DNA from: an uncultured Actinomycetota bacterium
GTDB taxonomy: Bacteria > Actinomycetota > UBA4738
Reading direction: 5' to 3'
Length of the DNA: 64,000 nucleotides
Assembly: GCA_963781595.1 (NCBI GenBank)
Contig: CAWAGG010000001.1
Span: 22,775 to 86,774 of the forward strand
Shown here: piece after piece, positions 10,591 through 19,617 of the stretch
Layout of the letters: every line of letters begins with the position of its first letter
Position numbering within the stretch: position 1 is the stretch's first letter
Made by a program: the position numbers and the translations under genes
The notes under the pieces: model-generated
Databases searched by the model: none
What the model was told of the DNA's origin: nothing
What the model saw: the letters and a program-made list of their open reading frames with translations, nothing else

Positions 10591-11258
10591 GCTCCTTCCT
10601 GCTTCTTCAGTTCCTCCTGCAGCGCCTTCCAGTCGCTCAGGAACCTCTCCAGTCCGATGTCCGTCAGCGGGTGCTTGACCAGCTGGGCGAACACCGCGTA
10701 CGGCATCGTCGCCACGTCGGCGCCCACCTGCGCCGCCTGCACCACGTGCATCGGGTGGCGCAGCGACGCCGCGAGCACGTTCGTCTCGTAGCCCTGCGCC
10801 GCGTAGATCTCGCACATCTCCGCCAGGAGGCCCATCCCGTCCGACCCGACGTCGTCCAGGCGGCCGAGGAACGGCGAGACGTAGGTCGCACCGATCTCTG
10901 CCGCGAGGATCGCCTGTGCGGACGAGAACACGAGCGTCACGTTCACGGGGATGCCGCGGTCGACGAGGCGCTTACCGGCCGCGAGGCCGTCGGGCGTCAT
11001 CGCGACCTTCACGACGACGTTGTCCGCGATCGCGGCGAGCTTCAGGCCCTGCTCGAAGATCCCATCGGCATCTTCGAGCGTCGTCTCAAGCGAAACCGGG
11101 CCCGGTGCGACCTCGTTCACGACCTCCTTCATCTGGAGCTCGACGTCGTTGTGCTCCTTCGCCAGCAGCGTCGGGTTCGTCGTCAGGCCGCCGAGCACCC
11201 CCCACGTCTTGATCGCGCGGATCTCGGCCAGGTTCGCGGTGTCGAGGAACAACTTCAT
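10587..11258 (-). CDS. tal: Transaldolase (small TalC/Fsa type)
   Basis: [45 protein letters not shown]. Confidence 0.92.
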   Translation of the reverse strand: MKLFLDTANLAEIRAIKTWGVLGGLTTNPTLLAKEHNDVELQMKEVVNEVAPGPVSLETTLEDADGIFEQGLKLAAIADNVVVKVAMTPDGLAAGKRLVDRGIPVNVTLVFSSAQAILAAEIGATYVSPFLGRLDDVGSDGMGLLAEMCEIYAAQGYETNVLAASLRHPMHVVQAAQVGADVATMPYAVFAQLVKHPLTDIGLERFLSDWKALQEELKKQEGA

Positions 11259-12247
11259 CGGCGGGCCTCCTCAAGCTCGTTCGTCCCGGGCGTCGGCGCC
11301 GGGTCGTGGTCCCCGCCCGCGACCGCGCCGCCGCGTCGCTCGCGGAGGTGGCCGGTCGCCCGGTCGAGGACCAGGTCGATCAGGTCGGAGAGCATCTGGT
11401 CCAGGCTGTAGTTCGCGATCACGGGAACGCCGTGCGTGAGCGCCTGACTCTTGATGTAGCGCTGGACGCGGCGGATGTTGTCGAACCCGCGGACGTAGCG
11501 CACGGATGGCCGGCTGGACCGGTCGTCCTGCGCACGCGCCGCGAAGTGCCCGCGGTGGAGCTCCTCGTCCTCCACCGTGACGATGACCGGGATCGCGAGG
11601 ATCCGTTCGTCGAACGTGCCTGCGTCGATGAACCCGGGCACCACGTGCACGCCCTCGATGATCGCGCTCGTGCCCTCGGTCGCCGCTCGCTCGAGGAGCG
11701 CGTTCACGCCGACCGAGACGGCGGCGGTCTGCTCGCGGAACCCGACGATCACGGTGTCCTGGGACCGGCCCGGCGGCTCGCGAAGTGCCGCGTCGGCCTG
11801 GAACGACGAGGTGTACAGCGTCGGCATCAGCTCCTGCGTCAGCGTCGCGCGCATCACCTCGCGGATCGCGTCGGTCGCGACGACGCGCACGATGTTCAGC
11901 CGAACCGCCAGCCGCGTCGCGATCGTGGACTTCCCGACGCCGGTCGCCCCGCCGATCAGCAGCACGATCGGGACGTCCAGTCCCCTGACCTCTTCCCACC
12001 GGCGGAAGTTCTTCGCGTAGCGGTCGCCGGCGAGGTCGAGCAGTACCTGCTCGGTCAGGTCGTTCAGCCCCTCGCGCGAGATCGCGTCGACGCTCATGGC
12101 GACGAGCCGCTCCTCGACCTCCTCGGCGATCTGGTAGGCGCGCAGCGGCGAGAGCCCGGTCACCATCAGATCGGACGCGCGCAGCCCCTTCGAGTACGGG
12201 AGCCCTGGCTCCCGGTCGGATGCCACGATCACCTTGTGGTCCTTCAC
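11255..12247 (-). CDS. 2-phosphoglycerate kinase (ATP-cone + P-loop)
   Basis: N-terminal LPYSKG ATP-cone, IGGATGVGKST, TDAIREVMR, IIEGVHVVPG; GTG overlaps the cpgS stop. Confidence 0.85.
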   Translation of the reverse strand: MKDHKVIVASDREPGLPYSKGLRASDLMVTGLSPLRAYQIAEEVEERLVAMSVDAISREGLNDLTEQVLLDLAGDRYAKNFRRWEEVRGLDVPIVLLIGGATGVGKSTIATRLAVRLNIVRVVATDAIREVMRATLTQELMPTLYTSSFQADAALREPPGRSQDTVIVGFREQTAAVSVGVNALLERAATEGTSAIIEGVHVVPGFIDAGTFDERILAIPVIVTVEDEELHRGHFAARAQDDRSSRPSVRYVRGFDNIRRVQRYIKSQALTHGVPVIANYSLDQMLSDLIDLVLDRATGHLRERRGGAVAGGDHDPAPTPGTNELEEARR

Positions 12248-13626
12248 GTTCGTCGTTCCCCTCGGTCGCCCACGCGCGCCACCTCGGCGCCGCGGGCCAC
12301 GGCCCGTTCGACCCCCTGCCGGACGATCCCGCTCAACAGCTCCTCCAGGTCGCCGTCCCCACCGACCCCGTTCGGCCGGTTGTCGACGAACATCACCTCG
12401 GCGCCGCGCTCGAGCGCGCGCCTGGCGCCCACGTCCACCGCGGCCGCCTTGAGCTCGGTCGCCAGGACGTCGAACCCGGGAGCCCCGCTCAGGTCCTCTT
12501 CGAGCCCCGCCCGGTCGGCGAGTCGCGATGAGGTCCGAACGATCCGGCACCCCGCGGTACGTTCGATGTGCTCGGCGAGCCGGACGGCCACTTCCCCTCG
12601 CGCCGTGGTAGCGAAGAACACGTCCTTGTCCTTCACGTCGCCCAGTACGACCGGCAGGAGCTCCGCGACCGCTACCGGCGCATCCGGCGCAAGCCGACGT
12701 ACGTGGGAGGTGAGGGTGGAAAGATCGTCCGGCCCGGCGTCCGGGCCACTTCCAAGGATAAAGACCACGAGGTCCGATAGCAACATCCTGAGCGGACCGC
12801 CGTAGCCGACCAGATGCGCGGGGTCGATCGACGCCGGCGCCACGAGCACGCCCGCATCCCAGGGCACCGTGGGCAACGACGCGCCGCTCCCCTCGAGGAT
12901 CACGAGCCCGGCGCCGATCACGTCCGTCGCGATCGCCGCGGCGTCCGCCACGTTCGTCGCGAAGGGCCGGCCGCCGATGCCGCCGCCGACCCGGCGCGCG
13001 CCGACCGTGGGCACCTGGGCCACGAGCGCGTCCTCGAGGTAGTCCGACGCGGCATGCTCCCCGCCGGCGGCGCGCGCCACGAGCGCCCCGACCGTGACGT
13101 CACCTGAGTCCGTGGCCGCCGGCGCGCCCGGTCCCCCGCGGCCCATCGCCACGATGGCCGGCCGTTCGCCCGCCGAGGCGGCCAGCCGGCCGACGTGTGC
13201 GGACACGGCGGTCTTCCCGACGCGCTTGCCGGTCCCGATCACGGCGAGCGTCGCAACCGCGAGCGGATCCTCCGTGATCGGCGGCTCGAACCGGAAGTCG
13301 GGCCCCACGTATGGCAGGCCCCGCGAGAGCGCCACCGCGGCCAGCTGCATCCGTCGTTCGTCGTGGACGACCGGCTCGTCGGAGAGATCCAGCACCGCGT
13401 CGGGCGCGAGCTCCGCGATCGCGGCGGCGAGCGCGCGCATCGGGTCGGCCTCGGCGCGGCGGACCGGGACGTCGCCGAGGTCCAACCCGTGGTCGCGGTC
13501 GAGCTTCTCCGCCCCGCCGACCATCAGCGCAGCGAGGATCTCGTAGCCCGCGTCGCGCGCCACCTCGAGCCCCCAGCGCGTGACCGGTGGATAGTGCTCG
13601 CCGTCGACGAGCGCGATGACCTTCAT
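12244..13626 (-). CDS. cpgS: Cyclic 2,3-diphosphoglycerate synthetase
   Basis: Family signatures ALVDGEHYPPV, DLSDEP, GTGKRVGKTAVS, AMGRGGP, HAASDYLEDA, LEGSGA, TELKAAAVD; RBS GGAAGGA. Confidence 0.9.
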   Translation of the reverse strand: MKVIALVDGEHYPPVTRWGLEVARDAGYEILAALMVGGAEKLDRDHGLDLGDVPVRRAEADPMRALAAAIAELAPDAVLDLSDEPVVHDERRMQLAAVALSRGLPYVGPDFRFEPPITEDPLAVATLAVIGTGKRVGKTAVSAHVGRLAASAGERPAIVAMGRGGPGAPAATDSGDVTVGALVARAAGGEHAASDYLEDALVAQVPTVGARRVGGGIGGRPFATNVADAAAIATDVIGAGLVILEGSGASLPTVPWDAGVLVAPASIDPAHLVGYGGPLRMLLSDLVVFILGSGPDAGPDDLSTLTSHVRRLAPDAPVAVAELLPVVLGDVKDKDVFFATTARGEVAVRLAEHIERTAGCRIVRTSSRLADRAGLEEDLSGAPGFDVLATELKAAAVDVGARRALERGAEVMFVDNRPNGVGGDGDLEELLSGIVRQGVERAVARGAEVARVGDRGERRT

Positions 13627-13639
13627 CGGTTCCTTCCGA

Positions 13640-13792
13640 GCTCCGTCCGGCAGCCCGGCGTCGGCGATCCTGACGGAGCACTCGTGACGCTGCCTGCCAG
13701 GGATCGAGACGCGGGACCGGGGATCTTCGGGACGTTGAGCGGAACCCCTGAGGGGTTCGGGATCGATCCCTTCCTGCCTCCATAACGTTCTA
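13640..13792 (-). promoter_or_regulatory. Promoter and structured 5' leader of the cpgS operon
   Basis: TGnTAGAAC -10-like (13787-13792); palindromes GGGATCGATCCC and GAACCCCTGAGGGGTTC; GCTCCGTC/GACGGAGC stem abutting the RBS. Confidence 0.4.
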
Positions 13793-13870
13793 CCACGGCC
13801 GGTTATGTCCGCGGCGGCGCGTCGGGTTCTGCAACGATGTCTGCGTGACCGTCGCGACCCCCTCCGGCGC

Positions 13871-15040
13871 ATGGATCTCCTCGACGTCCTGATCCTGGTC
13901 TGGGTTGCGCTCGCCGCCGTAGCAGGCTACCGGCGCGGCGCCGCCCTCCAGCTGACCGAGTACGCCGGCCTCCTGGTCGGACTGCTCGTCGGAGCCGTCG
14001 TCGCGCCCCTGATCGCGGGGTTCGCCTCGTCGCCGATCGTCCAGGCCGTGATCGCGTTGGTCGTGCTCCTGAGCCTGGCCGCGGCCGGCGAGGGCGTGGG
14101 CTGGATGGTCGGCCGGCGCGCCTGGAGGTTCACGCGGACAGGCATGCTTCGCGGGGTCGACGCGATCGGCGGCTCGTTCGTCAGCATCGTCGCGGTCCTG
14201 CTGGTCACGTGGTTCATCGCGTACAGCATGGCGGGCGGACCGTTCCCGGCGCTCTCCCGCCAGATCCGATCCTCGGCGGTCGTCGGCACGATGAACGACG
14301 TCATGCCGCGGCCGCCCTCGCTGCTGTCGGACGTGCGGCAGTTCCTCGATCGGTTCGGGTTTCCGGAGGTCTTCGCCGACCTGCCGCCGGTCCCAGCCGG
14401 TCCCGTCCAGGTGCCGTCGGACGCGACCGTTCGCGCGATCGCGTCGGCCGCGTCCCCGTCCGTGGTCAAGGTGGTGGGTGAGGCGTGCGGCGAGATCCTC
14501 TCCGGCACCGGGTTCGTGGCGGCGCCGCACTACGTCGTCACGAACGCACACGTGGTCGCCGGCGAGGCGTCACCGCGCGTCGACCTGGGGGTGCTCCGAT
14601 ACGCGGCCGACCCAGTGCTGTTCGATCCGAAGCTCGACGTCGCCGTGCTCTTCGTGCCGGCGCTCGAGGCACCGATGCTCCGGTTCGATCCGCAGGAGGT
14701 CGATCGCGGGGCGCGCGGCGCGGCGCTCGGGCACCCCGGGGGCGGCCCGCTGGCCGCGATCCCCGCCGGCGTGCGGCGGGCGATGGTCGCGCTGGGCCGC
14801 GACATCTACGGGCGGTCGGTCGTCGATCGGCAGATCTACGAGCTGCAGGCCGGCGTCCAGCCCGGCGACTCCGGGGGCCCGTTCGTGCTGCGGGACGGCC
14901 GGGTCGGCGGCGTCGTGTTCGCGGCGTCCACCACCGATCCGAACGTCGGCTACGCGCTCACGTCCCGGGCCGTGCTCCCGTTGCTGGCGCAGGCCGTTGG
15001 GCGAACCGCCCGCGTCGGGACGGGTCCCTGCGCCCGGTGA
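13871..15040 (+). CDS. MarP family membrane serine protease (CvpA + trypsin domain)
   Basis: Several N-terminal TM segments; TNAHVV, DVAVL, PGDSGGP triad motifs. Confidence 0.92.
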   Translation: MDLLDVLILVWVALAAVAGYRRGAALQLTEYAGLLVGLLVGAVVAPLIAGFASSPIVQAVIALVVLLSLAAAGEGVGWMVGRRAWRFTRTGMLRGVDAIGGSFVSIVAVLLVTWFIAYSMAGGPFPALSRQIRSSAVVGTMNDVMPRPPSLLSDVRQFLDRFGFPEVFADLPPVPAGPVQVPSDATVRAIASAASPSVVKVVGEACGEILSGTGFVAAPHYVVTNAHVVAGEASPRVDLGVLRYAADPVLFDPKLDVAVLFVPALEAPMLRFDPQEVDRGARGAALGHPGGGPLAAIPAGVRRAMVALGRDIYGRSVVDRQIYELQAGVQPGDSGGPFVLRDGRVGGVVFAASTTDPNVGYALTSRAVLPLLAQAVGRTARVGTGPCAR

Positions 15041-15080
15041 CCGAGGCCAGCGGCAGGCCCCGGGCGATGGTAAGGCTGCT

Positions 15081-15626
15081 TTACCGACCGTTGCCGGTGG
15101 GCTTCGGGATCAGCCACAGCCCCATCAGGACCTCGTCCCGATAGCCGGTCGCCTTCTTCGAGTGGCCGGTGAGACGGCCCTCCTCGACGAAGCCGAACCG
15201 ACGGTAGAGCGCGAGCGCGGCCGCGTTGTCGGGGAAGACCGACAGCGCGAGCTTCTCCACCTCCATCGCGCGCGCCCATCTGATCGCCTCGGTCATCAGC
15301 GCCGATCCGACGCCGCGGCCGCGCACGTCGGCCGCGACCGCGATCCCGACGGTCGCCACGTGGCGCGAGACCGAGCCCTCCTCGCGCACGACCGTGAGGT
15401 GGCCGAGGACGCGGCTTCCCGAGACGGCGACGACGTCGGCGCGGTCGTTCGTCCAGGATCGGCGGAACGCGCGCCGGTAGAAGGCGACGGGGCGCCGCGT
15501 GTGGTCCGGGCGCACGTAGCGGCCCTCACCCACCACGCCGTTCCACATCTCGAAGAACGACCCCGCGTCGCGCGGCATCGCCGGCCGGACGACGAACCCA
15601 TTCGACTCAGGCCTCGGGGTCGCCAT
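15081..15626 (-). CDS. GNAT acetyltransferase
   Basis: RGRGVGSALM, VFPDNAAALALYRRFGF. Confidence 0.88.
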   Translation of the reverse strand: MATPRPESNGFVVRPAMPRDAGSFFEMWNGVVGEGRYVRPDHTRRPVAFYRRAFRRSWTNDRADVVAVSGSRVLGHLTVVREEGSVSRHVATVGIAVAADVRGRGVGSALMTEAIRWARAMEVEKLALSVFPDNAAALALYRRFGFVEEGRLTGHSKKATGYRDEVLMGLWLIPKPTGNGR

Positions 15627-17331
15627 CGCCTTCGCTCTTGCCGTCGCCCTCGTCGCCGATGCGCTCCATCGCCTCGGGCGCGCTGACGCCCAGCAGCCGG
15701 AGCGCGGTCGCGATCACCCGCTTCGCCGCGACGCACAACCACAGGCGCGCCTGGGTGAGCGCCTCGTCGTCGGAGACCACGCGGCAGTCCGTGTAGAACC
15801 GGTGGAACGCGTGCGCGACGGCCTCCGCGTAATGCGTGAGCCGGTGCGGCGCGCGCCCCGCGGCAGCCGCCTCGACCGTGTCCGGCAGCTCGGACAGGAT
15901 CCGGATCAGGTCGAGCTCGGCGTCGTCCTGCAGGACGTCGAAGGTCTCCTGGGACCACGGAAGTACCTGCACCCCACGCTCTTCCGCCTTCCGCAGGATG
16001 CTCGCGATCCGCGCGTGGCCGTACTGCACGTAATAGACGGGATTCTCGAGCGTCTGTTGCCTGACGACCTCGATGTCGAAGTTCATCGGCGAGTCGTTCG
16101 AGAAGGACAGCAGGGTGAATCGCGCCGCGTCGGTGCCGACCTCGTCGATCAGCTCGTCCAGGGAGACGAACGTGCCCGCGCGCTTGCTCATCTTGAGCGG
16201 CTCGCCCCCGCGTAGGAACGCGACGAACTGGTAGATCAGGATCTCGACGGCTTCCGGGTCGTACCCGAGCGCCTGGGCAGCTCCCTTCACACGGACGACG
16301 TCCCCGTGGTGATCGGCCCCCCAGACGTAGATCAGGAGGTCGAACCCCCGTGAGAACTTGTCGATCACATAGGCGCAGTCCGCCGCGAAGTACGTGTGCG
16401 CGCCGGTGCCGCGGACCAGGACACGGTCCTTGTCGTCGCCGAACGCGGTCGAACGGAACCAGACGGCGCCCTCCTGCTCGTAGGCGTATCCGCCGTCCCG
16501 GAGGCGTTCGACGGCATCCGCGATCTCGCCCTTTCGCGCGAGGTCGGCTTCGCTGAAGTACGTGTCGAACACGACGCCGAACCGCGCGAGGGTCGCCTTG
16601 ATGCCGTCGAGGGCTCGCTGCGCGCCCTCGTGGAGGAGCCGTTCGAACCGCTCGTCGTCCGGCAGGTCGGCGAGTCGAGGGCCCTCGGCTTCCAGGATGT
16701 CCCGCGCTATGTCCGTGACGTAGTCGCCGTGATAGCCGTCCTCCGGGACCCGGGCGTCGCGGCCGAGGAGTTGGAGGTACCGAGCCTCGACGGACGCGCC
16801 GAACCGGTCCATCTGGCCGCCCGCGTCGTTGAAGTAGTACTCGCGTTCGACCTCGTCGCCGGCCGCGGCCAGAACGTTCGCCAACGCGTCGCCGAGCACG
16901 GCGTTGCGGGCGTGGCCGACGTGCAGCGGCCCGGTCGGGTTCGCCGAGACGAACTCGACCTGGACCCGCCGGCCCGTCGCTTCGTCACTCAGGCCGAACC
17001 GCTCGCCCCGCTCGAGGATCTGCGCCAGGACGTCGCGCAGCCAGTCCGTCGCGAGGTAGAGGTTGACGAACCCCGGCCCGGCGACCTCGACGCGCTCGAG
17101 GGAGGGCGGCGAACCGAGCTGTTCGACGAGCATCTGCGCGACCTCGCGGGGCGGTCGCTTCGCCTTCGCCGCGAGCACCAGGGCGACGTTCGTGGACCAG
17201 TCCCCGTGTTCCTTGAGGCGGGGCTTCGTCAGCTCGGGGTCAGTCGGCGCGTCCGTTGGGTCGAGGCCGAGCACGTCGGCGGTGCCGGCAGCAGCGCCCT
17301 GGAGGGCATCAAGCAGGGTCTTCGGTATCAC
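15607..17331 (-). CDS. argS: Arginine--tRNA ligase
   Basis: GPGFVN, EFVSANPTGPLHVGH, GADHHG, KMSKRAG, YYVQYGHARI; GTG start inferred. Confidence 0.97.
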   Translation of the reverse strand: MIPKTLLDALQGAAAGTADVLGLDPTDAPTDPELTKPRLKEHGDWSTNVALVLAAKAKRPPREVAQMLVEQLGSPPSLERVEVAGPGFVNLYLATDWLRDVLAQILERGERFGLSDEATGRRVQVEFVSANPTGPLHVGHARNAVLGDALANVLAAAGDEVEREYYFNDAGGQMDRFGASVEARYLQLLGRDARVPEDGYHGDYVTDIARDILEAEGPRLADLPDDERFERLLHEGAQRALDGIKATLARFGVVFDTYFSEADLARKGEIADAVERLRDGGYAYEQEGAVWFRSTAFGDDKDRVLVRGTGAHTYFAADCAYVIDKFSRGFDLLIYVWGADHHGDVVRVKGAAQALGYDPEAVEILIYQFVAFLRGGEPLKMSKRAGTFVSLDELIDEVGTDAARFTLLSFSNDSPMNFDIEVVRQQTLENPVYYVQYGHARIASILRKAEERGVQVLPWSQETFDVLQDDAELDLIRILSELPDTVEAAAAGRAPHRLTHYAEAVAHAFHRFYTDCRVVSDDEALTQARLWLCVAAKRVIATALRLLGVSAPEAMERIGDEGDGKSEGDGDPEA

Positions 17332-17416
17332 GGTCGGTGAAGTGTACGGGCGGGGGCGGTCCCAGGGGTTGTTACCATGCATGCGCGGCCACGCGCGATC
17401 GCGGCTAGCGTCACGG

Positions 17417-17488
17417 GCCCCCGTAGCTCAGCGGATAGAGCGCCGGCCTCCGGAGCCGGAAGCGCAGGTTCGAGTCCTGCCGGGGGCA
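17417..17488 (+). tRNA. tRNA-Arg(CCG), CCA not encoded
   Basis: Acceptor GCCCCCG/CGGGGGC, D-arm GCTC/GAGC, anticodon arm CCGGC-CTCCGGA-GCCGG, T-arm GCAGG-TTCGAGT-CCTGC. Confidence 0.97.
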
Positions 17489-17709
17489 CACGCGCTCCTT
17501 GACGGATCCGCCGACATAGGGCCCGGTCGAGGCATGGATCAGACCTGCTCATCTGGAGCCGTACGGATCTGGCAAGAGCGCCGCTCTCGCCGCGTAGCTG
17601 GGTCACGTTGCCACGGAAACGCACCTGCGCGTCCTCTGGCGCATCGGCAGGATCCGACGTACCGTCCACAGCCTGATCTGACGGAGCGTGCGGTTCGAAA
17701 GGAGACGCC

Positions 17710-18669
17710 ATGCCGCCAACCGCGCCCCGGACGGCATCCCTCGGGACCACAGGACTGGAGATCTCCCGCGTCGGCGTCGGCGCATGGGCGATCGGAGGCG
17801 GCGGCTACGACTGGGGCTGGGGATCGCAGGACGACGACGCTTCGATCGCGGCGATCCACCACTCCGTCGAACTCGGCGTGAACTGGATCGACACGGCCGC
17901 TCAGTACGGCTTCGGACACTCCGAACAGGTGGTCGGGCGCGCCCTCGCCGGCCTCGAACCGCGCCCGTACGTCTTCACCAAGGGCGGGCAGCCCGAGGGC
18001 CCCGGGCGAACGACGATCCAAAGCCTGCGGCGGGACTCGCTCCTTCGGGAGGTGGAGGGGAGCCTCGAGCGCCTCGGCGTCGAGGCCATCGACCTGTACC
18101 AGATCCACTGGCCGATCCCCGACGAGGAGATCGAAGAGGGCTGGTCCACCCTCGTGGAGATGAAGGAGCAAGGCCTGGTGCGCCACATCGGCGTGTCGAA
18201 CTTCGACGTCGAACAGCTTCGGCGCGCCCACGCCGTCGCGCCGGTGGAGACGCTGCAGCCCCCCTACTCACTGGTCGACCGTGAGGCCGAGGACGAGATC
18301 CTGCCCTTCGCCGAGCACGAGGGGATCGGCGTGATCGTGTACTCGCCGATGGCCTCCGGACTGCTCTCGGGGGCCATGACGCGTGAGCGGATCGACGCGC
18401 TCCCGGTCGACGACTGGCGCCGGCGGAGCGAGCGGTTCCAGGAGCCCGAACTACCCCGGAACCTCGAGCTGGTGGAGCGGCTCAGACTGGTCGCCGCACG
18501 CCATGACGCCGTCCCGGGGGCGGTCGCGATCGCATGGACCCTCCGCAACCCGGCCGTCGATGGGGCGATCGTCGGCTTCCGCCGCCCCGATCAGGTGGAT
18601 CCGATGGTCGCGGCGGCGAACATCGACCTGAGCGACGACGACATCGCCACGATCGAAGGGAGCCGCTGA
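17710..18669 (+). CDS. Aldo/keto reductase
   Basis: GVNWIDTA, IDLYQIHWP, IGVSNF, LQPPYSL, YSPMASG. Confidence 0.93.
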   Translation: MPPTAPRTASLGTTGLEISRVGVGAWAIGGGGYDWGWGSQDDDASIAAIHHSVELGVNWIDTAAQYGFGHSEQVVGRALAGLEPRPYVFTKGGQPEGPGRTTIQSLRRDSLLREVEGSLERLGVEAIDLYQIHWPIPDEEIEEGWSTLVEMKEQGLVRHIGVSNFDVEQLRRAHAVAPVETLQPPYSLVDREAEDEILPFAEHEGIGVIVYSPMASGLLSGAMTRERIDALPVDDWRRRSERFQEPELPRNLELVERLRLVAARHDAVPGAVAIAWTLRNPAVDGAIVGFRRPDQVDPMVAAANIDLSDDDIATIEGSR

Positions 18670-18671
18670 CC

Positions 18672-19574
18672 ATGGCGGAACCGGCGTCGATGAGGATCGG
18701 GTTCGTCGGTCTCGGCCACATGGGAGGGAACATGGCCGCCAGGTTCCTGGCGGCCGGGTACGAGGTCTACGGCGAGGAGCGGATCCGGCAGCATGCCCAG
18801 CACCTCGAGCATGAGGGCCTGCGTTGGCGCAGCACACCGCGCGAGGTCGCCGTGGCCGCGGACATCGTCTTCACGTCGATCCCCGACGACGGCGCGCTCG
18901 AGGCGATCGGCTCCGGCCCCGACGGCTTACTCGAAGGCCTCCGTCCGGCGAAGATCTGGGTGGACGCGAGCACGGTGAGTCCGCGCGCGAGCCGGGAGAT
19001 GGCCGGGCGCGTGCGCGAGCGTGGAGCCGCGATGCTCGACGCGCCGGTGTCGGGGAGCGTGCCCCAGGTGCGGTCGGGGACGCTCACCATCATGGTCGGG
19101 GGCGACGAGGAGCCGTACGGGCGCGTGGAGCCGGTGCTTCGGGTGCTCGGGACGCCGACCCGGATCGGCGAGAACGGGCAGGGCCTGGCGCTGAAGCTGG
19201 CGATCAACATCAGCCTGGCCGTCCAGATGCTCGCTTTCTCCGAGGGCCTGCTCCTCGCCGCGAATGACGGCGTCGACCGGACACTGGCGAGTGCGGTGAT
19301 GACCGAGAGCCCGATCGGCTCACCGATGCTGAAGCTCCGTGCGCCGCTCGTCCTCGACCTTCCCGAGGATGCATGGTTCGACGTCGGCCTGATGCGCAAG
19401 GACATCCGTCTCGCCCTTGCGATGGCCGATGAGCAGGGGATCCGGCTGCCATCCGCGGAAGCCGCAGCGGATATGCTCGACCGCGCCGTGGACCTGGGCT
19501 ACGAGCACCGGGACATCGCGGCGCTCTTCGACGTGCTCGGACCGACGGGCGATGCCGCGCCCGAAGGAACATGA
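18672..19574 (+). CDS. 3-hydroxyisobutyrate/6PGD-family NAD(P)-dependent dehydrogenase
   Basis: IGFVGLGHMG, LDAPVSGS, GTLTIMVGG, KDIRLAL. Confidence 0.9.
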   Translation: MAEPASMRIGFVGLGHMGGNMAARFLAAGYEVYGEERIRQHAQHLEHEGLRWRSTPREVAVAADIVFTSIPDDGALEAIGSGPDGLLEGLRPAKIWVDASTVSPRASREMAGRVRERGAAMLDAPVSGSVPQVRSGTLTIMVGGDEEPYGRVEPVLRVLGTPTRIGENGQGLALKLAINISLAVQMLAFSEGLLLAANDGVDRTLASAVMTESPIGSPMLKLRAPLVLDLPEDAWFDVGLMRKDIRLALAMADEQGIRLPSAEAAADMLDRAVDLGYEHRDIAALFDVLGPTGDAAPEGT

Positions 19575-19617
19575 ACCGGCGTCTTCGGATCGGCGCGCGC
19601 GGGCAGCGACCGGCGTC

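Noticed and set aside
13100-13783. 227-aa ORF starting just after the cpgS -10
   Set aside because: Arg-rich, overlaps cpgS out of frame, and the ATG is too close to the -10.
17417-17709. Prophage/ICE attachment at tRNA-Arg
   Set aside because: No integrase and no duplicated tRNA 3' end seen in the window.
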